From Kiritimatiellia bacterium (GTDB lineage: Bacteria; Verrucomicrobiota; Kiritimatiellia; RFP12; UBA1067), in assembly GCA_045617985.1 (NCBI GenBank), contig JAZLJP010000041.1:1922-65921 (forward strand): DNA of 64,000 nt. Direction: 5' to 3'. The position numbers and the translations under genes are program-made. Positions 53,301 through 62,283 of this stretch are shown here, piece by piece (within the stretch, counting starts at the first letter, position 1; the number at the start of each line of letters is the position of its first letter). The notes under the pieces were generated by a model. The model was not told the DNA's origin. It worked only from the letters and a program-made list of their open reading frames with translations, and made no database searches.

Positions 53301-54162
53301 CGAAATTCGCAACGGGTTGAACCGACACATTTTCAAACGAGTTGCCCGTATTGTTATAATTCTCCCCGTGGCCAATGGTCAGGGTGTACGTGCCGGGATT
53401 CAGATGCTTGGTGAACGTTTGAGTTTGGTTCTTATACGACGGCTCGGCGCGATAGAGATCCTGACCGGCCAAAGAAGCAAAAGCGACGCTTCGCATCCAG
53501 GAAGAAGCCCAGCTCTTCGACGAAACTCCGAAGGTGATCTTGAAGTCACCCTCCTGGACGATCGTAAAGGTTTGCGAGGCCGACTGTTTGCTCCCGAAAT
53601 AAAGACGATTGGAATTATTGCGGTCGTCATACGCGTAGTCGACGTTGTTCTTGAGGAGCAGGCATCCCCCCGACACAACCCAACCTTTCGGCGCGAGCGA
53701 CACAGCCGCACCGGAGTCGATCACGTCGGTATCAAAGCCGCCATTCGCGATATATTCGCCGCTTGACGTAACCGCACCCGTCCCCGAAAGCCTGCCCATC
53801 TTGAGATGGCTGCCGGCAAGGGTGATCACATGACCGTTCAAATCGAAATCCTGCGCCGTCCAGTCGGCATCCGCCGTCAAGACGACATCCGTTTCAAGTA
53901 CGGCACCTTTGGAAAGCGCCACGCGTTCAGGCGCCGCAACGAGTTCCTGGTATTCGGCGTCGTCGGCGAACGCGAGCGGAATCTGCAGCGTGAGGCCGCC
54001 CTCTGGAGCTGCAACTTCCTGACCGGTTGTGTCGTAGAACTTATAACCCTCGCCGTCGAGTTTGGCATAGGCCACGTTCCCCACATCAGCGAACGCCCCC
54101 AAACCCAAAACACCTGCGGTACACGCCGCAAGTATCCCTTTGATCTTCTGTGATGTCTTCAT
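50338..54162 (-). CDS. Secreted protein (1,274 aa) made of two ~620-aa tandem copies; carbohydrate-binding-module-like plus beta-helix-like content
   Basis: Signal-like N-terminus, with AAGGAAAG upstream. Both halves contain LTADADWTA.DF...GHVITLAGSHLK.G...GTGAVTSSG..IANGGFDTDV...APKGWVVSGGCLLL.N.VDYAYDDRNNSNRLYFGS.QSASQTFTIVQEGD.K. The protein ends in GTKIILR. Confidence 0.75.
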   Translation of the reverse strand: MKTSQKIKGILAACTAGVLGLGAFADVGNVAYAKLDGEGYKFYDTTGQEVAAPEGGLTLQIPLAFADDAEYQELVAAPERVALSKGAVLETDVVLTADADWTAQDFDLNGHVITLAGSHLKMGRLSGTGAVTSSGEYIANGGFDTDVIDSGAAVSLAPKGWVVSGGCLLLKNNVDYAYDDRNNSNRLYFGSKQSASQTFTIVQEGDFKITFGVSSKSWASSWMRSVAFASLAGQDLYRAEPSYKNQTQTFTKHLNPGTYTLTIGHGENYNNTGNSFENVSVQPVANFVNRTSILEIVVPEGEVVENTGVLLGGGASLQVWKSGKGKLVMSKLNNGFGAANAIAGWESIVVKEGILTKATTSATCGVQYSRIGVEDGARYEVTGREYWDYDYAIAGAGPDGAGALYHAANGVTDPWRQSTDGFLRNIELTADATIGGSQSWGTIFYNYGANTMTLNGHTLTYSGALLYGGNMSYSGEGTVVITNNCTVEYYNATPSARDVTLEVRGTLQQHGNALTPVKSLIFTETGSFNNPWDTRPQFVVRNTYAPNVNTAASSLAMQPTVTLGTATDLNTTLDLSLHAGVYDCSTLTFQPGSIVTVNLGSRTFNDGEKVVAWAQKPAVEDFHIAGVAAEDFSLKAKDDGLYIAAIPAYAKITPSTGEWSFFSMSGKPVTTWEEGVTGDVEVRFSTDAEYQALGQVTSLLAQAKRVALETNSVLTADADWTAFDFNMDGHVITLAGSHLKLGKFLGTGAVTSSGDFIANGGFDTDVIASGSAVSLAPKGWVVSGGCLLLNNSVDYAYDDRNNSNRLYFGSRQSASQTFTIVQEGDYKVSFGVSSKSWSSAWMRSVGFASLAGQDLYRAEASWHNQTQTYTKHLNPGTYTLTIGHGENYNNTGNSFENVSVVPVANYVNRKSILELVVPEGEEMTTAGLLLGGGASLQVWKSGKGRLVMSKVNNGFGAANAIAGWESLIVKEGVVVKSANANDATCGTQYARIAVEDGGQFDVNGRSYSYYDYEIAGTGPDGSGALVNSASVSSPWTASNAGYVRNLSLGADAVIGGTQTWGVMAYNNAANTMTLNGHTLTFAGPSLYTVNTAYAGEGMVVITNNCTVEFYTSSSAASDATVEVRGTLQQHDGALSTVKSLIFTETGSFNNPWDTRPQFVVRNTYAPNLNTTSGSKAVHPIVTLGTATDLETALDLALFTGAFDSTDLTFQTGSTVTVNLGSRRPRNGDQLIAWSAIPEGVEFALTGDDAKYCLIKLEDQGLFLNVVRGTKIILR
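50341..54084 (-). repeat. In-gene tandem duplication with a period of about 1,860 nt (620 aa)
   Basis: Near-identical DNA blocks, for example 50671-50755 versus 52531-52615 (GGTATTCCGCACGACAAACTGCGGCCGCGTATCCCACGG...). The duplicated shadow ORFs in the track (51543..51893 versus 53400..53711) reflect the same duplication. Confidence 0.85.
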
Positions 54163-54349
54163 GATCGCTTTCCTTTAGAGGTGTCGGAAAGAGGAAACCC
54201 TCCTCGCTCCTCACGCCTTGAGACACCCAAATCAAGGCGGCTCCGATATTTTAACACATGTAAGCGCGCTCCGTCTAGCCCCATTTTTCTGACGCTACGG
54301 GCGCTCTTCTTTTGGCGCGGGAAGATTACCGAGATCACCGATTCCGTGT

Positions 54350-54377
54350 TTGAATTGGGGTGTTATTTTGCTATAAT
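54350..54377 (+). promoter_or_regulatory. Sigma70-like promoter candidate for the S51 peptidase gene
   Basis: TTGAAT (54350-54355), a 16-nt spacer, then TATAAT (54372-54377) with TGC immediately upstream (extended -10). It lies 50 nt upstream of ATG 54427. Confidence 0.5.
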
Positions 54378-54426
54378 ACGCATACGTCTCGCCACTTCAG
54401 GCGGAATCAACAAGGAGAACCGGATC

Positions 54427-55386
54427 ATGACCAGCAAAGTGCCTATCGAAACATCCGCCGATGGCGGCAACATTGGCGTTAAACCCATTCTCATGCGGAA
54501 AATCAGGCACACTCTTGTTTCCTTGGCGATCACGCTGCTTGCGGGATTGGCGCAGGCCGCTTCGCTGCCCCGGGGGCACCTCGTCATCATCGGCGGCGGG
54601 GCCACCCCGCCTTCCATCCGGCGGACAATGGTCGACCTGGCCGGCGGCACCAACGCCGTGTTGCTGGCGATCACCACCGCCGGCGGCGAGACCGGCGCCA
54701 AGGCCGGCGAGAGTTTCGTCAAGACTTTTTCCGCCATGGGCGTTTCCACCGTCAAGTGGGCGCAACCCACCCGCGCGCAAAGCGACGATCCCACCTACGT
54801 CGAATCGCTGCTCAAGGGCGTGACGGGCATCTTTTTCACGGGAGGCAGCCAGCGGCTCATCGTCGCCGAACATCGTGGCACGCTGTTACACGGCAAACTG
54901 CAGGAGATGTATGAAAACGGCGCGTTGATCAGCGGCTCGAGCGCCGGCGCGGCCATGATGAGCGACCCCATGATCACCGGCACCGCCAAGGGCAAGGCCT
55001 TGCCCCCGCCGAACAAGAACGGCACGTTCGGGTCGGACACGTTCAACGCCATCGCCAAAAACCTCGTTGACACCATCGGCGGCATGGGGTTCATCAAGGG
55101 CGCCATCATCGACCAGCATTTCATCAAACGCAAACGCGAGAACCGGCTGTTCTCCACCGCCCTCGATCATCCCGAATACACCTGCTTCGGCATCGATGAA
55201 TCCACCGCCCTCGTGGTTTCCCAGGGCTACAGGATCCGCGTGCAGGGCAACAGCAGCGTGATGGTGATCGAACCCGCCCCCCGATCCGTCAAGACGAACA
55301 ACCGGGGCGACTTCGGCGCTCGGAACATGAAGGTGTCACTGCTGCTGGACGGCGACACGTACGAACTGAAGCCGCAGCAGCAATGA
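54427..55386 (+). CDS. Cyanophycinase-like peptidase (family S51)
   Basis: The start is set at MTSKVPIE (preceded by AAGGAG). An alternative start is MRKIRHTLVSLAITLLAGLAQA (54493), which gives a signal peptide. GHLVIIGGG, IFFTGGSQ and ISGSSAGAAMMS (the nucleophile Ser context) match S51. Confidence 0.75.
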   Translation: MTSKVPIETSADGGNIGVKPILMRKIRHTLVSLAITLLAGLAQAASLPRGHLVIIGGGATPPSIRRTMVDLAGGTNAVLLAITTAGGETGAKAGESFVKTFSAMGVSTVKWAQPTRAQSDDPTYVESLLKGVTGIFFTGGSQRLIVAEHRGTLLHGKLQEMYENGALISGSSAGAAMMSDPMITGTAKGKALPPPNKNGTFGSDTFNAIAKNLVDTIGGMGFIKGAIIDQHFIKRKRENRLFSTALDHPEYTCFGIDESTALVVSQGYRIRVQGNSSVMVIEPAPRSVKTNNRGDFGARNMKVSLLLDGDTYELKPQQQ

Positions 55387-55401
55387 CCCCCTTGACGGAC
55401 C

Positions 55402-56676
55402 TTACGCGAGCGCCCACGGGCCGCGCGGCGCACGGCCGAGCATCTTCGTCGCCTCCGCATCGCCGATGATCGTTTCGTTCTCCGGATTCCACCGGATCTT
55501 GCGATGCGTCTTGAGCGCAATCTGGCAGAGGTGGCCGATGCTCGCCGAGCGGTGCGCGACTTCGGCCGGCGCGATCGCCTGAGTGCGGTTCTTGATGCCG
55601 TCGAGGAAGTTGCGCACATGGCCAGGGCTCTTCAGGCGCAGCTCGCCCGCCTCGAGACGCGCGTTCTTGATTTCGGGCCTCGACGCCTCAAGCCGGCCGC
55701 GATCCACCCACACCCAGTCGCCATTCTCGCCGATCCACTTCGTGCCGCCGCGCACGTACGTGCCGTCCGCCACGAGCATCTTGATGCCGCTAGCGTATTC
55801 GCATTCGATGCGATAGGACTTCGGCGAATCGTAGATGCCCTCGCGGTCGTCCGGGCAGGACCCTTCGAAGCTCACCGGCCCCGACCGGTCGCAGCCAAGC
55901 CCCCACTGCGCGATGTCGCCATGGTGGCCGATCCAGTCCATGAGCTGCCCGCCGCCCCAGTCGAGCACCCAGCGCCACTGGATATCGTACACGCCCTGGA
56001 ACGGGCGGTACGGCGCCGGCCCGAGCCAGAAGTCCCAATCAAGCCCCGCCGGAATCTGCGCGTTCGGATTCGCGGCCGGGCCACGACCGCCCGAAGGCAA
56101 ACCCACTTCCACGCGCACGACCTTGCCGATGCGGCCGTTGCGAACGAGCTCGACGGCGCGGCGCATCTCGCCGCTCGAGCGCTGCCAGCTGCCCGTCTGC
56201 CAAATCCGGCCGTTGCGCTCGACGGCGCTCACGAGGGCGCGGCCTTCGAGAAGGTCGTGCGTGAACGGCTTTTCGCCGTAGATGTCCTTACCGTGGTTCG
56301 CCGCGAAGGTGCCCACGTAGGCGTGCCAGTGGTCGGGCGTCGCGATCATCACGGCATCGATATCGCCGCGCGAACAGACCTCGCGGAAGTCGCGGATCAT
56401 GCGGCAGTCGTGGTTTCCATAACGTTTATCGACTCTGTCCTTGGCGCTCTCCATCTTCTTCGTGTTAACGTCGCACACCGCCAAAACCTGCACGTCATCG
56501 CAGGAAAGGAACGAATTCATGTTGCCTCCGCCCTGCCAACCGATTCCGATCATCGCCATCGCCACGCGGTTCGAGGGGGCCGTGGCGCCCAAAACGCGCG
56601 ACGGCACGAGGTTGAAGAGCCCGAATCCGGCTCCGGCCGCGAGAAAACCGCGACGCGAAAGAGTTGTCTGTTCCAT
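55402..56676 (-). CDS. TAT-signal Gfo/Idh/MocA-family oxidoreductase
   Basis: MEQTTLSRRGFLAAGAGFG is a twin-arginine signal. VAMAMIGIGWQGGGN is the Rossmann motif. The 424-aa length is typical of the glycoside-hydrolase-109-like/oxidoreductase group. Confidence 0.75.
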   Translation of the reverse strand: MEQTTLSRRGFLAAGAGFGLFNLVPSRVLGATAPSNRVAMAMIGIGWQGGGNMNSFLSCDDVQVLAVCDVNTKKMESAKDRVDKRYGNHDCRMIRDFREVCSRGDIDAVMIATPDHWHAYVGTFAANHGKDIYGEKPFTHDLLEGRALVSAVERNGRIWQTGSWQRSSGEMRRAVELVRNGRIGKVVRVEVGLPSGGRGPAANPNAQIPAGLDWDFWLGPAPYRPFQGVYDIQWRWVLDWGGGQLMDWIGHHGDIAQWGLGCDRSGPVSFEGSCPDDREGIYDSPKSYRIECEYASGIKMLVADGTYVRGGTKWIGENGDWVWVDRGRLEASRPEIKNARLEAGELRLKSPGHVRNFLDGIKNRTQAIAPAEVAHRSASIGHLCQIALKTHRKIRWNPENETIIGDAEATKMLGRAPRGPWALA

Positions 56677-56761
56677 TTGTTTTCCTTTCTAAATCAATGA
56701 TAACCACCGCGCAAGAGCGGGTAAAAATACGATCTGGATTTTCGGTTTCATCCTTCCTGTC

Positions 56762-59700
56762 TTAGCGGAGGAGAATGAGCGTTCCCGGGAGAATGATACG
56801 AACGGTTGCCGAGGCGCTCTGGACCGAGCCGTTCTTGTTGTAGGCGATGACGGTGTAGGTGCCCATGTCGCCCTTCGTCGCCTTATCGACCTGATAGGCC
56901 GCCTGTACGGCGCCGGGAATCGCAACGCCGTTGCGGAACCACTGGAAGCGCGTTGCGCCACCGGCCGCCACGGCGAGCGCGAACGGTTCGCCGAAGTGGC
57001 CGACCGTATCGACCGGGTCGTTGAAAAGCGACGGACCGTTCACGCCCGCAAGCGGCTGGGCCGTTTCGCGCACGTAGACCGAAAGGCGCCGGACCGTGAA
57101 GTCCTCGGCATTGTAGGCATGCGTCCAGTCGCGCCCGATCGACGAGCTCGGGCTCGGGTAATTGCCAATGCCCACGCACAGCTTGTCACTTGAATTCGAA
57201 CCGAAGCTGTTGATGGCGAAGAGCGTTTCGCCCGCGCCGTAGTTGTGCACCTGCATCGAACCGTAGCCGGTCCCCGTCGACCCGCCCGTGTCGTCCCAAT
57301 CGAAGAGCGCGTCGTCGCCGCCGAGATTGAGGGTCTTTCCGGACGAATAGTTCGAGGACCAGAATTCGATGTTGCCCGTCTGGATGCCGTCTCCCGTCAC
57401 CTGTACGCCCGCGTTCGACGACGCCCGCACGTTCAGATTCGCGATCTTCTGCTGGAACATCGCGCCACGATCGGCAGTAGGCAGCGGCAGATTCCGCAGC
57501 GACGGCGTAAAGGCATCCATCGACACCCATACCCACTTCGAGACGCCGCCCGAAACGAGTTCAAGCGAATACGCCACCCGGTCGAACGGTACGCCGCGGA
57601 AGAACTCTTCATCGACGAGATACGGCGTATCCGACCACACCCCCGCACGCGTGGTGGGAAGATCGATCTTGTAGGCGAGCCGATAATTGGCCGCTTCGGG
57701 GACATCGGCAAGGTAGGCCGGCTTCGCCACGTCGGCCGCAGCGGGCACGGCCAGATTCACCGTGCCGGGCGTCGAGCCGCCGGCGGCGCCCTCTACGCCC
57801 GAATAGGAAATCACGTATGTGCGGCCGGCCGCGAGGCCCGTCACCGTCAAGATCACCCACTGGTTGTCGTAGGGATGCACCCCCGTCACCTGCGCTCCGC
57901 CGTCGATCGTAAACTCGGCATGCGCGAGCGCCGCCGTCACCAGTGCACGATTGAAGCGCACCGCCACCTGGTCGCGATCAAGCGCGGCCACGGCGCGCGA
58001 TGCCGCCGGCGCCGGACGCGCCGCCAAATCACACGTCGTGCGCGGCAACACGAAACAGCAGAAGCGCGAAATCTTGTACTTCGTCGCATTCGCCGTATGC
58101 GTGTAGTCGATATCGGCCGTCGAGGTGATGTAGAGGTTCTTGCCCACACCCAACCCGGGTTCATTGCCCTTGTTGAAACGGTTGAACGCGAAGAGTATCT
58201 CGCCCTTCCCCCAGTTGTGGAGCTGCATGGAGCCGTGGCCGTTCGTGCCCGTACTGAAGCCGGAATCGTTCCAGTCGAAGGACGACCCCGATCCGCCCCA
58301 GGGATTCGAAGAGTTGCCGGCCGCATAGTTCGACGCCCAGAACTCCACGCACCCCGTCGAAGAACCGCGAACCGGCGTGATGTTCGGATCGTTCGAGTAG
58401 ACGTCCATGTTCCCCACGCCCGTCTGATACGCATAGCCGCCGATCGGAATGCCCAGTTCATGCGCCTTCGGCGAGAACGGATCGATCACGGCAAGCACGT
58501 AGCGCGGCCCCGAATCGCGGGCCGAATCGGAATACTGCACTTCCATGAAGTAGGCGACGCGCGCAATGGACCCCTTCGGATAGCGGCCCGTGTTGTCGAC
58601 CTCGTAGAGGTTTTCGCGCAACCAGGCCGCGTTGTTGTCGGCCACATACGTCTTGTCGGGCACCTTCCCGATGGACCACATGAGCTCGAAACCGTCCAAC
58701 ACGCCCGAACCCGCAAGGTTCTCGATATGCATCTTGAGACTCGCTTCACGGTCCCTGACGAGCGCCACCACGCGCACGTTCTGCAATGTGCCGCCCGTGC
58801 CCGTGAAGGTCCAGTCGAGATCGCTGTTCGACGGTTTGGGATTCGTGCCGATGCCAAAGCCCGGCTGGTTGCCGTTGTTGAACCGGCTGAGCGACCAGAT
58901 GACGTGCGGATGGTCCGCACTGACGTTGTGCACCTGCATCGACCCGTGGCCCACGGCCGTCGTGTAGTCCTTGTCGTCCCAGTCGTAGAGCGACGCGGAG
59001 CCGTTCCAGTTGCTCACCGTGCCCTGGCCATAGTTCGAGGCCCAGAACTCGATCGCACCCGTCGAAAGGCCCGTGCCGTTATCAACGCCCGGATCGTTCG
59101 AAATGACGTCGAGATTCTTGACCGGCAACTTGAAGTAGTAGCCGCCGAACGGTACGCCCACGCACTTCGCGTTCGGCGTAAAGGCGTCCATCGCCGTCCA
59201 CACATAGCGCGGCGCCGCATCGCCCGCGGCCTGCAACTGGATGAAGTACGCCACGCGATCGAAGGAGCCGTGCTTCACCGTGTCGCGGAGATCGACCGTG
59301 TAGAAGTTCTGCGCCGCCCAATTGGCGTCGCTTAGGTAGACCTTCGCCGGCATGGTATTAGCCGCCGCCACGACGCGGTACCCTTCCACGGCTTCGGATC
59401 CGATCACGCCCGCGATTTCGTCCTTGAACTGTTCGGCACGCTGCTCCTGCGTGGCGTCAGGCGCACGCTCCGCTTTCGGGCGCACGAACACGAACAGGCG
59501 GCGGCGCCAGTAATTGCCGCCGTTCGCACCGAACGTCCAGTCCTTCGCATCCGTATGGCCAGAAATGCTGCTGTTGCCGAAGCCGAGGCCGAGCGACTGG
59601 TTGTCCGTTCCCATGTTCGTGATCGACCAGAGCGTGAGGCCGCCGAGCCAATAGTTCACCTGCATCGACCCGTGGCCGGCCACATCCGGATTCTGCGTGA

Positions 59701-62119
59701 AGCGGTCGCCCACGTCGTAGTTCGCATCTGTTCCGTTGACGAGCTTCGGACTATTCTCCTTTCCGTACGAGGTGCTCCAGAACTCGATCGAACACCCGTC
59801 CGGGACATTGCCGAGATTGCACCCCGAAACATTCGAGGCCACATAGGCGTTGGCCACCTTCTGCTGCATCGCAATGCTATTCGCCGCGAGCGGCACGCCA
59901 AGCGCGCGCCGGTACTGCGTGGGCGCGTCGAAGGAGGTGAAACAATAGGTGGGGATGCCGCCGTAGGCATCGAGTTCCATGTAGTACGCCACGCGATCGA
60001 TCGCGCCGGTGGCGGACGATTGATCATACCAATAGGGATAGTCGCCGCTCACGAAGTTGCCCGTGGCCGGGAAATCCGTCGCGTAGACGAGTTCGTAGCC
60101 CTCCAGCTGCGCCGCCGCCACGCTGGAGGCGACATCCGCCGGAATGCCGTACGGCACCGTGGTCATCTCGGTGGGCGCACAGGCGTTCCCCGAAAGATCG
60201 CGCACGCCCGAAACCGTAATCGTATTGCCTCCGTATGGATTAAGCGCGGATGCGAGCGTCACGCACACGGTTCTCCGGTCGTCAAGAAGCCGCACCGACA
60301 CCTTTTCAACGCCCACCGAGAACGCATCGCTCGCCAGCGTCATTTCGTCAAGCGGCTCGTTGAAGTCGAGGAAAAGCTGCGTGCCGGCCGAACCGATCTT
60401 CGCGGAAGCCGGCACGGGCGGCGTCGTATCGCGCACGGGGCGCACGAACACCTTGAGGCGGCGAACGTCGAACTTCGCGCCGTTGTTCTCATGCGTCCAG
60501 TCGGGACGGTTCGCCGTCGGACAGGTGCCGATGCCGATGCAGGTATTGGCCTTCGGGTCATGGAAATGGTTGAAGGCAAAGACCGTCTTCTTCGACGTCA
60601 GGTCATGTACCTGCATCGACCCGAAACTGCCGTCCTTCGCCATCGTGTCGTCGAAGTCGAAGGCATTGGACGTCGTCGTATAGCCGCTCGTGGGCGGTTC
60701 ACTGTAGTTGTTGGGCCAGAACTCGATGCAGCCTGCGTGCCCCGTGCCCGTCTCGACATCCGCCACGTTGCTCCACACGCTGAGGCTCTTGACGGCACAC
60801 TTCCAGTTGAAGTTCGCGGCAAAGAACGGCACGCCGATTTTCTTCGCATCGTCCGTCCAGGCGTCCATCGACACCCACACCCACTGCGGTGTGCCGCCCG
60901 CTTCACGGATTTCCATGTAGTAGGCCACACGGTCGAAGGCCGAGCAGCGGTCCGAATTGTCAACCTTGTAGAACGCCTGCAGGTCGGCCGGCGTGGCCAG
61001 CGTCCCCGTGGCGGGCAGGTCGGCCGCATAGACGAGCCGGTAGTCGCGCCACGCCTCCTCGGGCACGTTCGCCTCATGGCCCCACATGAACACGTTGAAA
61101 TCGAGGGACAGGTTCGTGCTCGTATGGACCGGTTCCGTGAGGTCGCTCACCGAAGTGAGGGTAATCGTATGGTTGCCGGGCACAATCGGCGTATCAAGGG
61201 TCAAGGTCACGAAGTGGCAGTCGTCCGACAACACTGCCCCCGTCACCGCCGGCGAGGAGGCACCCGAAAGACGCCAGTTCGCCGCCGTCTCCACGCTCGC
61301 TGCCGCCACGGGCTTCGAGAAGACGACCTTCAATTGCCGGGGATTCTCCTCCAGATTCTCGGCACGCGCGAGAACCGGCGGATTCGCGTCGCCGTTCGGC
61401 TGAAAGATCTGTGTAATCACGCCATACCAGCCCGTCGCCATCTTCGCATAGCCAGCCGCATTCGGGTGAAGGCCGTCCGAGAAGTCGGCATTCGTCTTGT
61501 TGAGCGTCGCCGGGTCGATGTCAAGATCGAGGAGCGCGTGCATGTCGAGGAAATGGACGCGATGGCCCGCCTGCTGGTGGCGCTCGACGAGCGGCTTCAC
61601 GTAGGGGTTGAACTGGCTCGTGATCGCATTGTAGCGATCGAGGTTGCCGTCGCTGTTGCGCTTCATGAGCGTGGAAACGACGATGTGCGCGTACGGCCGC
61701 TTCTCGACGATGCGCGTGACGAGAGCATCGAGCTTGTCGATGCGGTTTGCGAAATCGCTCGCGCCGGAATCGTTCGTGCCGATATGGATGAGTACGACAT
61801 CGGGATCTTCGATCGCGTTGAGCCAGCCGTCGATCTTTTCATAAAGGCCGCTCGAGGCATTGGAAATCACCCAGCCGCTATGCCCTTCGTGCTGAATTTC
61901 AGGTTTCAGCTCATCGGCGGGGTTCGCCGTTTCATTGCCCACCATGTCCACGCGGTAGTGCGCACTCGTGAGCATCTGATAAAGCGGCAGACGGTAGCCG
62001 CCCGCCACGGGGGTTCCATGCGTGATCGAATCGCCAAGCGGCATCACACGCAACGTCGGTATGCCCGCGAAAAGCGAGCCCACGAAACCTAAAGACAACG
62101 CCAACACTGCCTTTTTCAT
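56762..62119 (-). CDS. Giant secreted protein (1,785 aa): N-terminal SGNH/GDSL hydrolase, Ig-like spacers, five copies of an unrecognised ~215-aa module and a C-terminal Ig-like domain
   Basis: The start is set at MKKAVLALSLGFVGSLFAG (ATG 62119, preceded by AAGGAG). The SGNH blocks are present: PLGDSITHG, HEGHSGW, GTNDS and DGLHPN. See the finding for the five modules. The protein ends in GTLILLR. Confidence 0.8.
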   Translation of the reverse strand: MKKAVLALSLGFVGSLFAGIPTLRVMPLGDSITHGTPVAGGYRLPLYQMLTSAHYRVDMVGNETANPADELKPEIQHEGHSGWVISNASSGLYEKIDGWLNAIEDPDVVLIHIGTNDSGASDFANRIDKLDALVTRIVEKRPYAHIVVSTLMKRNSDGNLDRYNAITSQFNPYVKPLVERHQQAGHRVHFLDMHALLDLDIDPATLNKTNADFSDGLHPNAAGYAKMATGWYGVITQIFQPNGDANPPVLARAENLEENPRQLKVVFSKPVAAASVETAANWRLSGASSPAVTGAVLSDDCHFVTLTLDTPIVPGNHTITLTSVSDLTEPVHTSTNLSLDFNVFMWGHEANVPEEAWRDYRLVYAADLPATGTLATPADLQAFYKVDNSDRCSAFDRVAYYMEIREAGGTPQWVWVSMDAWTDDAKKIGVPFFAANFNWKCAVKSLSVWSNVADVETGTGHAGCIEFWPNNYSEPPTSGYTTTSNAFDFDDTMAKDGSFGSMQVHDLTSKKTVFAFNHFHDPKANTCIGIGTCPTANRPDWTHENNGAKFDVRRLKVFVRPVRDTTPPVPASAKIGSAGTQLFLDFNEPLDEMTLASDAFSVGVEKVSVRLLDDRRTVCVTLASALNPYGGNTITVSGVRDLSGNACAPTEMTTVPYGIPADVASSVAAAQLEGYELVYATDFPATGNFVSGDYPYWYDQSSATGAIDRVAYYMELDAYGGIPTYCFTSFDAPTQYRRALGVPLAANSIAMQQKVANAYVASNVSGCNLGNVPDGCSIEFWSTSYGKENSPKLVNGTDANYDVGDRFTQNPDVAGHGSMQVNYWLGGLTLWSITNMGTDNQSLGLGFGNSSISGHTDAKDWTFGANGGNYWRRRLFVFVRPKAERAPDATQEQRAEQFKDEIAGVIGSEAVEGYRVVAAANTMPAKVYLSDANWAAQNFYTVDLRDTVKHGSFDRVAYFIQLQAAGDAAPRYVWTAMDAFTPNAKCVGVPFGGYYFKLPVKNLDVISNDPGVDNGTGLSTGAIEFWASNYGQGTVSNWNGSASLYDWDDKDYTTAVGHGSMQVHNVSADHPHVIWSLSRFNNGNQPGFGIGTNPKPSNSDLDWTFTGTGGTLQNVRVVALVRDREASLKMHIENLAGSGVLDGFELMWSIGKVPDKTYVADNNAAWLRENLYEVDNTGRYPKGSIARVAYFMEVQYSDSARDSGPRYVLAVIDPFSPKAHELGIPIGGYAYQTGVGNMDVYSNDPNITPVRGSSTGCVEFWASNYAAGNSSNPWGGSGSSFDWNDSGFSTGTNGHGSMQLHNWGKGEILFAFNRFNKGNEPGLGVGKNLYITSTADIDYTHTANATKYKISRFCCFVLPRTTCDLAARPAPAASRAVAALDRDQVAVRFNRALVTAALAHAEFTIDGGAQVTGVHPYDNQWVILTVTGLAAGRTYVISYSGVEGAAGGSTPGTVNLAVPAAADVAKPAYLADVPEAANYRLAYKIDLPTTRAGVWSDTPYLVDEEFFRGVPFDRVAYSLELVSGGVSKWVWVSMDAFTPSLRNLPLPTADRGAMFQQKIANLNVRASSNAGVQVTGDGIQTGNIEFWSSNYSSGKTLNLGGDDALFDWDDTGGSTGTGYGSMQVHNYGAGETLFAINSFGSNSSDKLCVGIGNYPSPSSSIGRDWTHAYNAEDFTVRRLSVYVRETAQPLAGVNGPSLFNDPVDTVGHFGEPFALAVAAGGATRFQWFRNGVAIPGAVQAAYQVDKATKGDMGTYTVIAYNKNGSVQSASATVRIILPGTLILLR

Positions 62120-62283
62120 ATTCGAACTCCTTGCTCTTGCTGAAGATAAACACACTTTCCAAATGCTGGTACTATTTTACCACGTATCGCCTCCGATTGT
62201 CAATAAGGTTGCGGCCGAAACTCAACCAAGGCCACTCGCCAAAGCCCCCGCTAAAAGAGGCTTTTAAGCAAGCGGACCAGGAG

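Noticed and set aside
46266-62092. ORFs 46266..48290(+), 49071..50264(+), 52429..53766(+), 55504..56700(+), 57245..59335(+) and 59555..62092(+)
   Set aside because: They are antisense shadows of the three giant exoprotein genes and the oxidoreductase gene. The duplicated pairs among them only reflect the in-gene duplication on the coding strand.
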